33,000 bases of DNA. Origin: Antechinus flavipes (Eukaryota). Below are positions 1 through 11,407 of the stretch, piece by piece. The DNA lies in the NCBI RefSeq assembly GCF_016432865.1, contig NC_067402.1:200136001-200169000 (forward strand), in the 5' to 3' direction. Position numbers and translations under genes: made by a program. The notes under the pieces are model-generated. The model was not told where the DNA came from, did not search any database, and was given only the letters and a program-made list of their open reading frames with translations. The stretch's first letter is position 1. The number at the start of each line of letters is the position of its first letter.

Positions 1-329
1 GAAGGAGTCCCATTTGTTCCATCCCTACATCTTGCAATCACCCAAAGTCAGAGCCATAGAATGACATTAGGCAGATGGTGCTACAAGAACCTTTCAGTGG
101 AGCTGGATGGGCCAAAGGCAGCCTGACAGGAGAAGAGCCGGGGGAGGCCGGGATCTGGGGTGAAATGGGCTGGACTTCTGTGAAAAGTGGGGCTGAGGGG
201 CAGACATAGGGCGATTGGAGGGTGGGAACGTGGAAGGAGACCACTGGGTGTGTGTACACATTACACGAGATAGACATTAGCTAAGTAACACAGCCATTGT
301 CATTTTACTGGTGATTATATCTCCAGGAA

Positions 330-482
330 CACATTTAAGGTTTTCTTGCCAGAGATTGGCAATTCCTTCTCTGGCTCATTTCCCACATGAAACTGAGGCA
401 AACAGGCTGAGGAGATTTGAATTCAGGTTCTGCCAACTCCAGGTCTAGTGTTCTGTGCACTATGGCACCACCTAGCTGCCCC
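330..482 (-). mobile_element. Decayed MAR1/MIR-like tRNA-derived SINE
   Basis: Contains gaaactgaggcaaacagg and gatttgaattcagg, and ends in ccacctagctgcccc (reverse complement of the GGGGCAGCTAGGTGG head). Confidence 0.75.
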
Positions 483-849
483 TTAAAAAAACTTCACTCC
501 CTGCCAAACTTGGCTCATGAGAGGTCTTCACTACAAATTACTTTGTGCAAAGATTATCCGCATTGTTTCCCTGATATAAGGGAATTGGATTGAATGAGGA
601 CAAGGATTTTCTTTGTATCCCCAACCATCCAGCTCAAAATGGGCATTTAATGAATGCATATTGGATAAATGAGGGTGGGATGTTTTTATTATCAGTGTAC
701 CTCAAGTATCCCTCTTTCCCAGAGAGCCATCCCCTATTTTTTAGAGGCCATCAGCACCAACATATTTTAAAAATCCAGAAACTATGTTATGTGTAACTGT
801 TGGCCTCCCCACCGTTTTTTGTTGAGTCCTCTGTATTTAGGGAGTGTAC

Positions 850-2400
850 TTTCCTTTTACACTATGGTAATCATTGGGTAGATTGTTTTCTTGGCTTTGC
901 TGACTTCACTGCATCATTATACTTTAATCTCTGCATGCTTCTTTGCATTCATCACATACATCACTTCTTATAGCAGTCATTTTCCATTGCATTCATGTGC
1001 TTCCATTGTTTAGTCTAATTGATGGACATATCAGAAAAAGTGCTTGCTCTAATCTAAGTATTTTGGAATATTATGAGCATTTCTATCAGTGGCTTCTTTG
1101 AGATTTAAGACCAGTGAATGGAATTTCTAGTTCCAAGATTTGGACAAAATGCTCATTAAAGTGTTCAAGTTCTCAAACGTTGACTGGTACACCCACTTTT
1201 GATCATTTTTGTCAACTTGCAGGTTTTGAAATGAAACCTCAGGCATTTTTTAAAGTGTTTTAGAGCATTTTTTTTTCAATTTGGTTGTGAACACTGCAGT
1301 TCTTTGGAGAACTGTTCATATCCTGTGACCACTTCCTTATTGGAGAATGGTTATTAGTCATTTTATCTTGATAATCATACTTTTCACAGAGAAAGTGATA
1401 AAAATTCCACCTCCCCCCAATTTGACAACCTCCCTTATTTTAGATGCATTAATGTCAGTTTCAAGTAATCAAAATTATCTTTTATAATTGCCCCTCTCCT
1501 TTTTGGTTAAAAATACATTTCTTATAAAAATAAAAAAATACATTATTTCTCTTTAATATAAAATATTAAAGTTGTATATCCAGTTAGGCTGTATTATAGA
1601 GTGTGGTATGAAATGCTGGTTTATGCTTATTTTCTTCCAGGCTAATTTAGAGTTTTCCCTTACGTTTTTATTAAATAAGGTTTTCCCTTTATGTGTTCAA
1701 CTTTATCAAACACTGGGTTATTGCTATCTATTGTTTCTTGGTTTCTTTTGTCTAGTCTGCTCCATTGATCTCTATTCTTTTAACCAATACCAGGTGATTT
1801 TGATGGTGACTGTTTTATTTTGAAATCTGGAAATGTTATTCCTTTTTTATCCCTGCTTTTCACCACTTCCTTTGAAAATCTCAATCTTTTGTTTTTCTAA
1901 GTGAATTTTATCAAGTTCTATAAATTATCCCCTTGGTAATTTAATATAATGCTAAAGGCATAAATTTTGGTATTTTCATTTTTTATTTTATTGGCTTGGC
2001 CTAGTCATGAACACTAAATATTTCTCCAATTATTCAAGTTGTTCTTTATTTCTTTGTAATTGAATCCATAGAAATCTTTTGCTTGCTTTTAGAGACTGGG
2101 TCTCCAGCTATTTTATTCATTTTATAGGCATTTGGAATGGAATTTCGCTACTATTTGCTCTTACATTTTGTTATATAGAAATGTTGATTTTTGAGGATTT
2201 TGTAGCCTGCAGCTTTGCTAAAGCTGTTGTTGAAATCTCCATTTTTGCTGAGTCTGTAAGATTTTCAAAGTAAACTATCATATTGTCAGCAAATAGGGAT
2301 ACTTTTCTCTTCTTTAAATTCATGTTTACTCTGAACATAAGAAACACCAAATAAAATGGTTATTTCCATATACGTAGTAGAATAGGAAAAGACTGTTTAT
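850..2400 (-). mobile_element. Old marsupial L1 fragments (3' UTR and ORF2), antisense
   Basis: T-rich antisense L1 motifs. aagtaaactatcatattgtcagcaaatag is the reverse complement of the ADDMIVY-like RT motif. The 3' region shows ttggctttgctgacttcactgcatc and ctttggagaactgttcatatcc-type sequence. Confidence 0.7.
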
Positions 2401-2464
2401 GAAACGGCCTATCTCTATTGAAGGAAACGGCCTATCCACAACTTGCTTAAAAAAAAAAAAATAC

Positions 2465-4885
2465 ATTTGCTACCTGGTCATCTACACCGGGTGCTAGCTA
2501 CCTGGGCTCGGGCGCCCGGGCCAACCTCTTTCTCTAGCTCCTGGCAACAGAAGGAAGTCCAGCGAGGTGCACTTCCCGAGTCACGCCGACTTCACCCCCT
2601 TCTCCGGGGGCAGCACCGACACCTTCCGTCTGACCATCATAAAAGACCTGGGGGAACATCCGGGCCATCCAAGTGTGGGACCACACCCAAGGCCGCCGGC
2701 CCAGCTGGTACCTGAGCAGGGTCAAAGTCGAAAACTCTGAGCAGGGTAAAGGTCGAAAACTCTCCAACCCGCACATCTGGCTTTTCCTCTGCCAGACCTG
2801 GCTCTCGGCTCTGCCAGACCTGGCTCTCGGAGGAGTCACAGGGGCAGACGTTGAGCCCATCCACAAGGCGCAGCCCCTCAGCATGAAGGACTACTTCCAC
2901 CTCCAGCCGCGAATCTGCTCGGCCCCCAATCACGTCTGGCTGGCCGTCTTCGCCAGCGTGCTCCCGGGACCCCCCAACCGGCTGCGGCCGCTCTCTGCTG
3001 GAGCTCCTGAGCTCGCTCCTCTGTAATATCATGCTCTTCAGCTGGGACCAGGAGGGGAAGCTCCTTCCTGAGTTGCAGGACGTGACGAGGCCATGAAGAG
3101 CTCTCTGTTCTATGAGCCTCTGGAGATGGCCATTCGTGCTCTCTTCACCTATTCCCAGAGAAAGGTCTCCCTGGGCCTGGGGCGCACGTGGCTCCGCGCC
3201 CTCACCCCTTCAGGAGGGCTTCTTCCCAAACTGCAACGAGCGCCTGGAGATGGGGTCCTATCCTGAGACGGGCCGACCGCAGATTCGGGGCCACGGAGTC
3301 CCCACAAAAAAGCAGGCCCCGAGGAACAACGTGATGCTTCCGGAGGCGGCAGCCAGTGCCCTCACATAAAACCAAGGCGAAGCTCTGGGCTCCCAGAACA
3401 GATCGCTGCCGTCCCAACCGCGGCCGGCCGGGAGTTCAGCACCCTCCAACTTAGGACAGCTTGTCCCAGATAACCACCGAGACGTCCATCGTTTTTCAGG
3501 TGAAATCCTAGAAGACAGGCCTAAGAAAGTCATGCTCTGCGAAGCCAAGCCTCGCTTTGTCCTCCCCTGGGGGCGCGCCTGCGGGCCTGGCTCCTGGTCC
3601 GCTGCGGCTGTGACCTTTGCTCCTTTTTCATCATCCCGCGTGGGGCCAACGGGCGGATACCACAAGTCCTAGGATTGGCTGCTGGCCTCCGTGTCCTCCC
3701 TGAGCAGGTCAATATTTCTGATCCAGGTGACCAAGATCTTGCTCTTGTCCGGCATCAAGTGAAGCAGAGCCAAGAACTGTGAGAACATCTCCTGGACAAC
3801 GAGGTACAATAACATCGAGGGCAGACTGCAAGGCACGAACTTCGATGCTGATGACACAAGAGAACAGCACTATGACATCATCCGGATCCACAACACTAGA
3901 ATGTACCAACCCTTGGTGGAAAATGAAACCAGAATATTCAAAAGGAAGGAGAGGATCGGGAAGAGAGGAACGCCCTCAGCCTTTGCTCCCATGCGGGCCT
4001 CGCCTCCCGTCCCGGGACCTCCACGGCTTCCACCAGGCAGGCTGGAGGCAGTTCTCCAGGAACCTCAAAAAGGTCAGAGAACTGAATGACAGCTGCAGGT
4101 GGCGCCCGGATCCTGCTGTTCACGATAGCCAGAATCCAGCTTTTCTCTCTAACAATCGGTCCAGCTCCCTGGACTTGCCAAGGATGTGACAAGTGAGCAC
4201 CAAATCTTCCTCTCTGGTACCACAGCTGATATGTTAATGAAAAAGGGCATCCATTGTCAAAAGCCAATACATCCAGGTCATGGAGGATCAGAAAAACTCT
4301 AGCAGCTTTTGGACCGCCCCCACTGACTCTTCTGTGGACAGAAATGGGTCTATTATTCCTACAGACTGGCTTATGCCTATGGAATGGGGGGGGGGTGTAT
4401 TCTCTTATTTCTTCCTTGACCAGCAGCTGTGTGATGCAACAATTAAGGCTGCAGGAACGTTGGAGCCAATAGGTCCATGAAGGGACATGGTCTGTGGTCC
4501 TGGAGCTGGCCATCTTTAATTCAGACACCAACTTATTCTGTACTAGAGACTGAGGGTCATCCACCTATGTTTGGCTGTCCACTCGTTCAGTCTCCTCTTT
4601 CACAGGCGAAGTCAGCTTGAGCTATAGCTATATAGAGCTGCCATGTTATTTATCATAGTGTATCCATGGAGACAGTCACCATCTATAAGGAAAAAGACAC
4701 TACCATCAGGAATGTGTTCAATGTTTCTCTTATTTTTCTTCTCTACATCTAATTCAGAATGGCCAAGAAAATCCTTGACATATCTCCAGAAACTGCATGA
4801 TTTCAACTCGTTTTGTGCCATTTCCCAAGTGGATCAAGTCCTTCCCATCACTCTGGGCTTCCTGACTATTCTGATGATAATTTAA
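2465..4885 (+). pseudogene. PKDREJ: PKDREJ-like pseudogene fragment (PLAT domain through polycystin channel TM region), intronless, with many frameshifts and stops
   Basis: Stitched + frames give, collinearly: ICYLV.YTG; GSTDTFRLTIIKDLG; IRAIQVWDH..GRRPSWYLSRVKVEN; HIWLFLCQTWLS; HVWLAVFASV..NRL; LLSSLLCNIMLF; ALFTYSQRK; KPRFVLPW; SFFII; WLLASVSS..KILLLSGIK; CENISWTTRY; RMYQPLVENETRIFKRKERI; QFSRNLKKVRELND..RW; NPAFLS; LDLPRM*QV; EDQKNSSSFW; TWSVVLELAIFNSDTNLFC; DFNSFCAISQVDQVLPITLGFL. These match human PKDREJ motifs as I recall them (e.g. WYLSRIKVEN, LLSSLLCNIMFF, KPRIVLPWW, RMYQPLTEDEIRIFKRKKRI, TWAVVLELTTFNPDINLFC, AVSQVDHIMRIILGFL). The REJ/GPS N-terminal half and the C-terminus were not found. 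Confidence 0.93.
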
Positions 4886-5085
4886 AAAAATTAAAACAGA
4901 CAATATTTTATCATCTAAAGGAGGTAATACATAGCTCGATAAGCAAAAGCAATAGACTATGAGAAAAGAGCTATAGTTTGACAACACAAATTCCTCATTC
5001 TGTATTTCTGAATCACTATACAATGGTCCATCATTGCTTGGGTCAAATCCAGGTCAATAATGAGGAGTTCCACTTTTAACTGTAG

Positions 5086-5953
5086 CATAAATGTGCCAGG
5101 TGAGATGCCCTTCCAAAAATAGCAAATAAGAGCATCTGAAGTCATGGGACCATGTTTCCAAGTCAGGAGGAAGCTTTGAACAAAATGATTAAGTAGAGAT
5201 CTTCAATATGGACAGATATCAGGGGCTCTGATTGGCCCTTCCTTCTGCATGAGCTCTCTCCATGAAAAGTTTTTACTTATTTAACTCCATTCTGTGGCTT
5301 AACCTCATTTCTGTTACCCAATATTGGTGGGACATACAAGAATCTCTTGTCAGATTTTAAAGTGAAAATCTTAGTAATGATAACAGATGGGGGAGGGTGG
5401 AGAGCATGTCCTTGGATCTCCTTGAGAAGGATGGAATTTGAAAGAATGGGGGACAAAAGATGATGATGTGCTGGATGATCACAGGCTCCAGCTGCCTCAC
5501 TCCAATGCAAGCAATCCTTTATAAAGATGCAAAATTATTTTAATGGTATAGAAGGGATGGGGAGATATGTGCATTTGCTTCTTCCTGAACAGATTTAAGC
5601 TGGAGGCTAATTTCCCACACTTCTCTGGTCTGCCAGGTCTACATATAGTACCCAAGGAAGAATAAAAACCTATCAGTAAAACTGTGGCCTCTGGGAGATA
5701 ATGAAATCCTCCAATATCCAATAGTAGAAAAGGATTCAGTTTACTAACCACGGAGAAAACTATGGAGGACTTCCCACCACATCCATCTTCCCTTGAGATT
5801 TAGGGTACCAGTTGCAAGCAATTAAGAGAAATGCACTGAAGCTTAGGTAGCAACTGAGTACCTATCAATGTCCTTTAGACCTTTAGTGGTCCCATGACTT
5901 CAGATGCTCTTATTTGCTATTTTTGGAAGGGCATCTCACTTGGCACATTTATG
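5086..5953. repeat. 67-bp inverted repeat pair (5086-5152 and 5887-5953), 1 mismatch, 734-bp spacer
   Basis: The reverse complement of 5086-5152 is tggtcccatgacttcagatgctcttatttgctatttttggaagggcatctcacCtggcacatttatg. Positions 5887-5953 are the same with T at the capitalised position. Confidence 0.95.
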
Positions 5954-7215
5954 GTGAAGTGGAAGCAGAAATGGCAGCAATTGATGCTATACTCACATAC
6001 ATTATTGGTTTAAAAACAATTATCCATGCTTGGAAAATGATAAAAGGACCATTTTCTTCTCAGCATGCAATATTCCCCAAATACACCATAACTAGAGCCA
6101 AGCTAATGATTCTACCTGGCCTAGGAATAAGAACAACAATGACAAAATAGTGTTCTTCAAATCTGGAACTGTGGTGTGTGTGCATGTACAAATTCATGCA
6201 TATGTACATACACACACACACACACCCGTGTATGCTTTAAGAAAGGGGAAAAAACCTAGCTCCATGGTAGCTAAAGTTTTGCACACCTATATCGAAGTAG
6301 TAACTGGAGGGCACAGTGCCTTTTAGTCAGTGGCAGCAGAAATTTCTGCTACCTCTTTTATACATGGGATGGACTTCTGCAGGAAATACATAGCAGCTTG
6401 GAACACCTTTTTCTGGGGCAATGTTGTATATAGGCTGAGTAGGTTGCAAGCTATTTCCTAGCATTCCCAAGACTACATTACATAGAATCTCTCCACTGCT
6501 AAAGTGGTTGTGCTATAGATAAGCCACTCAAAAAATAACAAGTGGGGTGGGTCTTGCCAGATTTATCCAGAAGGTATGCTAAAGCTATTCCTGCAAAGCC
6601 TGCTGGTGAAATATCCATCACCTCATACTAAGGGGAGCATTACCTTGAGCATATAGTGCTTAGAGGAGCAGTGGCAGTAAGCTGCCAGAAGAAGTAACAG
6701 CCATCTACCAACTTCTTGTGTCAGCCCTGAAATCTACCTATAAACTTCATCGGCCGACTTGTCGCCCATTGTAACCAAACATTTCTGGTTTAAGGATTTC
6801 TCTTCCTTGAGGATGATCAGCTATACAAAAAGTATAGCCATCATGGGCCTCCATGCCTGGCACATTACCAATTCTACCTTCCCAGTTATACCTTGCTGTT
6901 CATTCTGCAGGGCTTTCAGTTTAGGTGTGATGTCAGGGAAGCAACCGAGGCAGCCCAGTAAGTACTTCTAACCTCCACCTCACCACCAATGTGCAGGGAA
7001 AAAAAAAAAAGGTTGCTTCAGAATATTTCTATGAGTTTCTCTCAAGTGATGACAGCAAAGGCCTCTTCGGTGCTAATGATGCACAGTGCATTCACTTCTG
7101 CCTACGTGGGTGCAAGGTCTAAGTGCCACATGCTGAGCTTGGTGATGCACATGTGAAACCCACTTCATCAAGCAGCTCCAAGCTGTGCAGGATCCAAGGG
7201 ACCCAGGAGCCTCAG
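5165..7215 (+). repeat. Segmental duplication, copy A, right arm (unidentified 'Y' segment); paralogous to ~26095-27620
   Basis: Collinear shared blocks: atggacag.tatcag.ggctctgatt; gtcagatttt.aagtgaaa; cagatttaagctg; ggattcagt.tacta..cac.g.gaaaactatggaggacttcccacc; tgctcttatttgcta....tggaagggcatctc; ctagctccat.gtag; gtgccttttagtcagtggcagc; tagaatctctcca.tgc; catctacca; gcagctcca.gct..gc.ggatccaag. Roughly 70% identity by eye. Copy B lacks about 6720-7165. Confidence 0.9.
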
Positions 7216-7894
7216 CTCCCTTGAGCCCAAACTTCAATTTGCACAAACCAGTCTGTTAGCTACACAATGATCCCTCACTCTGTAGCTCTGGACCCATTGC
7301 CTTTCCCACTGTCTCCCAAGACCATGCCAGCTTTCTTGGATCCTGGCTCTTCTACCACACTCATTCTACTTAGTTACCTAAGAATCCAAGATATTTTCCA
7401 GCTAGAGCTTCTCTTTCGTGTACTCGTGAAATTGAGTATTTAGGCTCAGTAAAGGCCTTTATTTTGGTCTCTTTTTAGATTTGGGCTAATGTGCAAGGCT
7501 GCTGATGTTTGTGGGCACCTGGCATCCCATGGGTCTGCCACCTTATTTTGAGTCCATGGGAGGTTGGGTAAGCCTGCCATGTGGCATTTATCAGTCATTG
7601 ATGAAAATGTTGGGAGATGCCAGATTCCTGGAAAATGCCAAATCAAGGGCAAGAAGAAAAAGTGACTCACCTTCCATCTGAAATCTCTACAGCCTAGAGT
7701 AGCTGTCCACAACATCTACCACCGACCCAGTGGACAGAAAGCTGGGCATAATCTGCAATTCAAACATTTCAACATGGATTATTTGGCTGTAATTGAGAAC
7801 CCAAGTCCTCCAAGTGCTGCCCCCATCAGGGTCCAGAGACTCAGGGCCAGTCTCTTATTTTGGGTGACTTTAGAGCCCCCCAATCTCAGAGTGT

Positions 7895-7985
7895 GGCTTG
7901 TGGACAAAGGGCATGCTTTGGAGGCCAGAGACCTGGATTTCAGCCCTGCCCTGGGTAGCTGTGTGAGCCTTGGAATTTCTCTTAG
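7895..7985 (+). mobile_element. MIR/MAR1-like SINE fragment
   Basis: gtggacaaagggcatgctttggaggccagagacctggatttcagccctgcc...gctgtgtgagccttgg resembles the tRNA-derived head and core. Confidence 0.6.
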
Positions 7986-10854
7986 AGAAATAAGTCAAGA
8001 ATTACAAATATTAGAGAATTTGCCAAAACAAACCCCTGAATATTATAGTGTTAGCTATAGAAAGATATTATGTAGGGAGGACTCAAGCAGATAGGAAATG
8101 CTCTCTCTTGCTTCATATTGGAGACAGGTAATCTCCAGCATCTTCAGTTGGAGAAATTCTCAGACGGATAAAACAGGTCTTTGGAAATTTGATCCAATTT
8201 TCTTAGGGGAAGGTCCTCTGAGAAGTGCCCTCCTGATCGGGGATGCCATAGAGAAAAGATCAGGTAAGGGGAGCAATGCATCCTATAGAATCCCAATTAG
8301 GACAGAGTTGGAGTCTCTGTTAGGGGAATGACTAAAGAATGAGCCATTAAACTATGTAAAGTTTGGTTTGAGGACATCAAGGGTTTAGAGGAGTGTTTTG
8401 GACAAAGTATACAACTTTTGATTCCTTAGAAAAGTTATGAAATCTTATTGAATAATCTCCAAAAATCAGCTTAGGACAAATGAACTATTGATACTGCTAA
8501 ATTCTTCATGGTTTTTTTTTTTCTTCTTCCTGTGGTTGTATTTAAAAAAAAAAAGAAATGGGACTTTAACTAACCCAATTCTGTTATCTGTTAGGGACTT
8601 AATACAAAGAGCACTTAAAATGAATGATTCAATTGGTAAATTAGACAAAAGCAATTTTTGTTAATAATTTACATTATTGATATGATTCTGAAAGTATTCA
8701 TTTAATTTGGAAACAGAAAGAATATCCCAGACTGACAAGTTATAAGTTCTATACTTAAGGAGACATTCAGGCCTGACTTAAAAGTTGCATCATCTTGTTA
8801 TGTGTTCTGTGTGTGTGTGTTTTGTAAATGATCAAGCCAAGTTTAGGAAAAGTGGGTTCTTTACTTCAGATAGATAGGAACTTTATATTAGAAAAATCTT
8901 TAAGAATGGGAAATGTGTCTGTTTTATCTATACTATTTGTGCTTTGTGCTAACCCATAGCTAACAGGTGTTTTTACCTAAGCCTTTTCTCATGGAGTGTG
9001 CAATCAAAAGAAACAGGCTATAAAAAATAAACTTTTTAAAAAAGATTTTGTAAAGAACAGATCTCTTTCCCCCCCTCTGTTTTTAACACTGCCATGTAGG
9101 AAATTGATGAGAGAAAAGGCAGACATAAAAATTAATTGAACCAACTATGATAAAAATGGAAACCAAATTTGTAAAAAAAAAAAAATAAAATAAATTTCTT
9201 TAATTTTTAAATTATAATTTGGAAAAAATTATAAAATATTTTAATGAACTTTTAGGGTATTAGTAAACTCTGTAGAGTTTAATGAAAACAGCCACAACAT
9301 CAGCCAAAAAATGCACAAATTATTCCTTAGAGAAACCTAAAAATGACTAATGATTGATTTAAAGCTAAAGTTTGCTTTTTAAGAACTGTCTTTTTAGCCA
9401 TGAGAGATATTTAGGAAAGATGCAATGGAATAAAAATTCAAAGGAGTATGAAAATAAGAAAATATTAGGAAATATTATAGGAAAAATTAGATTAAAAGTC
9501 TTATGAATTTAAATAATTTCACAACTCAGAATTTGCAATTTTAAATAAGTTTCAGTTTACTAATCTTTGAAATTTTGGGACATCGATTTATGAAATTGAT
9601 TTTAATTTAATTTATTGAATAAAAATGTACTTAACAACTATTATTTTAGGAAGGAATATTTATTATTAGAAGGAATAAGGAAATTTTAGACCATCTTCAG
9701 AAAAAAGTCAATGTGGTTAGTATTGGAGTTGATTTAATCTTCATTTTGCTACTTTTAACTGACTAACACCTGAGGACACCAAACTGCCAAAGGAACCAGA
9801 GAATTGATTTTACCTGCGTAAAAGAGATGAGTTTTGAGGAGATAGTTTCTTTAAAATTATCTTGCTTACTATAATCTGTGACACCTCTACAAAGAGGAAC
9901 TCATTGTGCTGAGTTGGTTTTGAATCTAAATACCTTTCATTAAAAAAAAAAAAAAAAAACTATGTGTTTGTAACATAGCACTAATAGTCCTTAAAGAAAT
10001 TAATATGAAATTTTCTATTTGTAACCATTAAAGAACCAAAATGGAATTTACTAGAAAAATTAAGTAGAAAAATAGTGTTTCATAGATAAGGAAAGTTAAG
10101 CATGATTAGATGGATAAAGTTAAGAGGTTATTTGAACTTTCAATATAAATTCAAGGTTACATAGTAAAGGGGTTTAGAATTTTGTAAAGGAAATTTCAGA
10201 GAGGGTCTTAATCCCAGTGAGATAGAAAACATATAGGAATATTTTTAATATCCTTTTCATAGTTAATGCATGTGTTGCTTCCCCAATCAATTTAAGACTA
10301 CAAAATATGCTTCATAAAATCCCTGTTGATTCATTGCTAGAGAAAGGATCTTGGTGCTCTAGTTTCAATAGTTACACCAAAGGATTAGTAATTAAGACAA
10401 TATAAAAGGAATCAGTTTCTTTTTGGTAACAAAAAAAAGGCAGTAATGGGAAATTGGAAGTATTACCACAAATTCTTTTGAATATAAGCCACTTAAAAAT
10501 AATGGCACCTTGTGCAAAATGACATTTAGTTATTACCACTAATTATCAATCAAAATCGACAGTTGGAAATATTGTAATATTAGTAAATTATATCAGTCTT
10601 TGTATGTATAAAAAGAATAATAAATATTTACCCCTATTGGGACATAGGTAGGAGAAACACACTGTTATTAAGTGCTTAACTCAGTGCCTGGTTTATGTAA
10701 AAAAATACTATTCAGACCTTGTAGGAATATAGTTGAGCAAGATGCTATCCATTTATTGGTATTTCTTTTAATTGGCATGGAATATTAACAAAACTGGGAA
10801 ACTTTTGGCTAAACATATTAAAGTATTACTAAAAAAATAGGCTTAAGTAACTTT

Positions 10855-11001
10855 ATTTTATTTTATTTTTTGCTGACGCAATCGGGGTTAAGTGACTTGA
10901 CCAGAGTCATACAAGCTAGGAAGTGTCTGAGATCAGATTTGAACTCTGGTCCTCCTGACATCAGGGCTAGGGCTGTATCCATTGTACGACCTAGCTGCCC
11001 C
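10855..11001 (-). mobile_element. WSINE1-type marsupial SINE, full length, with target-site duplication
   Basis: A T-rich tail (tttattttattttattttt) is followed by caatcggggttaagtgacttgaccagagtcatacaagctaggaagtgtctgag...ctagctgcccc. Flanks are ttaagtaacttt (10843-10854) and ttaagcaacttt (11002-11013). Confidence 0.92.
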
Positions 11002-11013
11002 TTAAGCAACTTT

Positions 11014-11407
11014 TGTTGGAGAGGTATAAAAATGCTGAGGATTTATGGGGATTTATTTTGTATCCAGCTACTTTGCTAAAATTATGAATTATTTCTAATA
11101 GCTTTTTAGTAGAATCTCTGGGGTTCTCTAGGTATACCATCATCATATGATGCAAAGAGTGATAGTTTGGTTTCCTCATTGCCTACTCTAATTCCTTTAA
11201 TATCTTTCTCTACTCTTATTGCAGAGGCTAGTGTTTCTAATACGATATTGAATAATAATGGTGATAGTGGGCAACCTTGCTTCACTCCAGATCTTACTGG
11301 GAAAGGTTCCAGTTTTTCCCCATTGCATATGATGCTTACTGATGGTTTTAAATATATGCTCCTGACTATTTTAAGGAAAAATACATTTATTCTTATGCTC
11401 TCAAGTT
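11014..11407 (-). mobile_element. Internal L1 ORF2 (reverse transcriptase) fragment, no 3' end, flanked by a perfect 12-bp direct repeat
   Basis: Minus frames give [51 protein letters not shown] and [40 protein letters not shown], which are canonical L1 RT. TTAAGCAACTTT lies at 11002-11013 and 11408-11419. Confidence 0.95.

Larger units (their letters stand above)
155..2473 (+). repeat. Segmental duplication, copy A, left arm; paralogous to ~22982-24200
   Basis: Collinear shared blocks include unique sequence and repeat junctions: ctggggt(g/a)aaatgg (155/22982); gtgtgtacacattac (~249/~23173); the SINE end ctagctgc..ccttaa/cttag followed by ctccc(t)tgccaaac; ttggttaa.aata.a..tcttataaaaataaaaa (~1503/~23522); taaattatccccttgg (1921/23961); ctgaacataa..ccaaataaaatg; aacttgctt..aaaaatac..tgctac. 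Copy B lacks about 515-1495 and 2000-2300 of copy A. Confidence 0.85.

Noticed and set aside
2448-2461. A14 tract as the poly(A) tail of a retrocopy
   Set aside because: It lies at the 5' side of the plus-strand PKDREJ fragment, and the paralogous copy B has an A-tract at the same position.
2534-4564. Overlapping ORFs on both strands (e.g. 3938-4564 -, 3258-3665 -, 2637-3032 -) as separate genes
   Set aside because: They are shadow ORFs of the GC-rich PKDREJ pseudogene, and only the stitched + frames match a known protein.
2465-7215. Endogenous filovirus, bornavirus or parvovirus element
   Set aside because: I compared the translations with remembered NP, L and NS1 motifs and found no convincing match (WWEV alone is insufficient). 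The left part is explained by PKDREJ, and the Y segment remains unassigned.
5165-7215. Inverted N-terminal (REJ/GPS) half of PKDREJ
   Set aside because: Only a weak HY..VIV.IP.P resemblance was seen, with no collinear motifs in either orientation.
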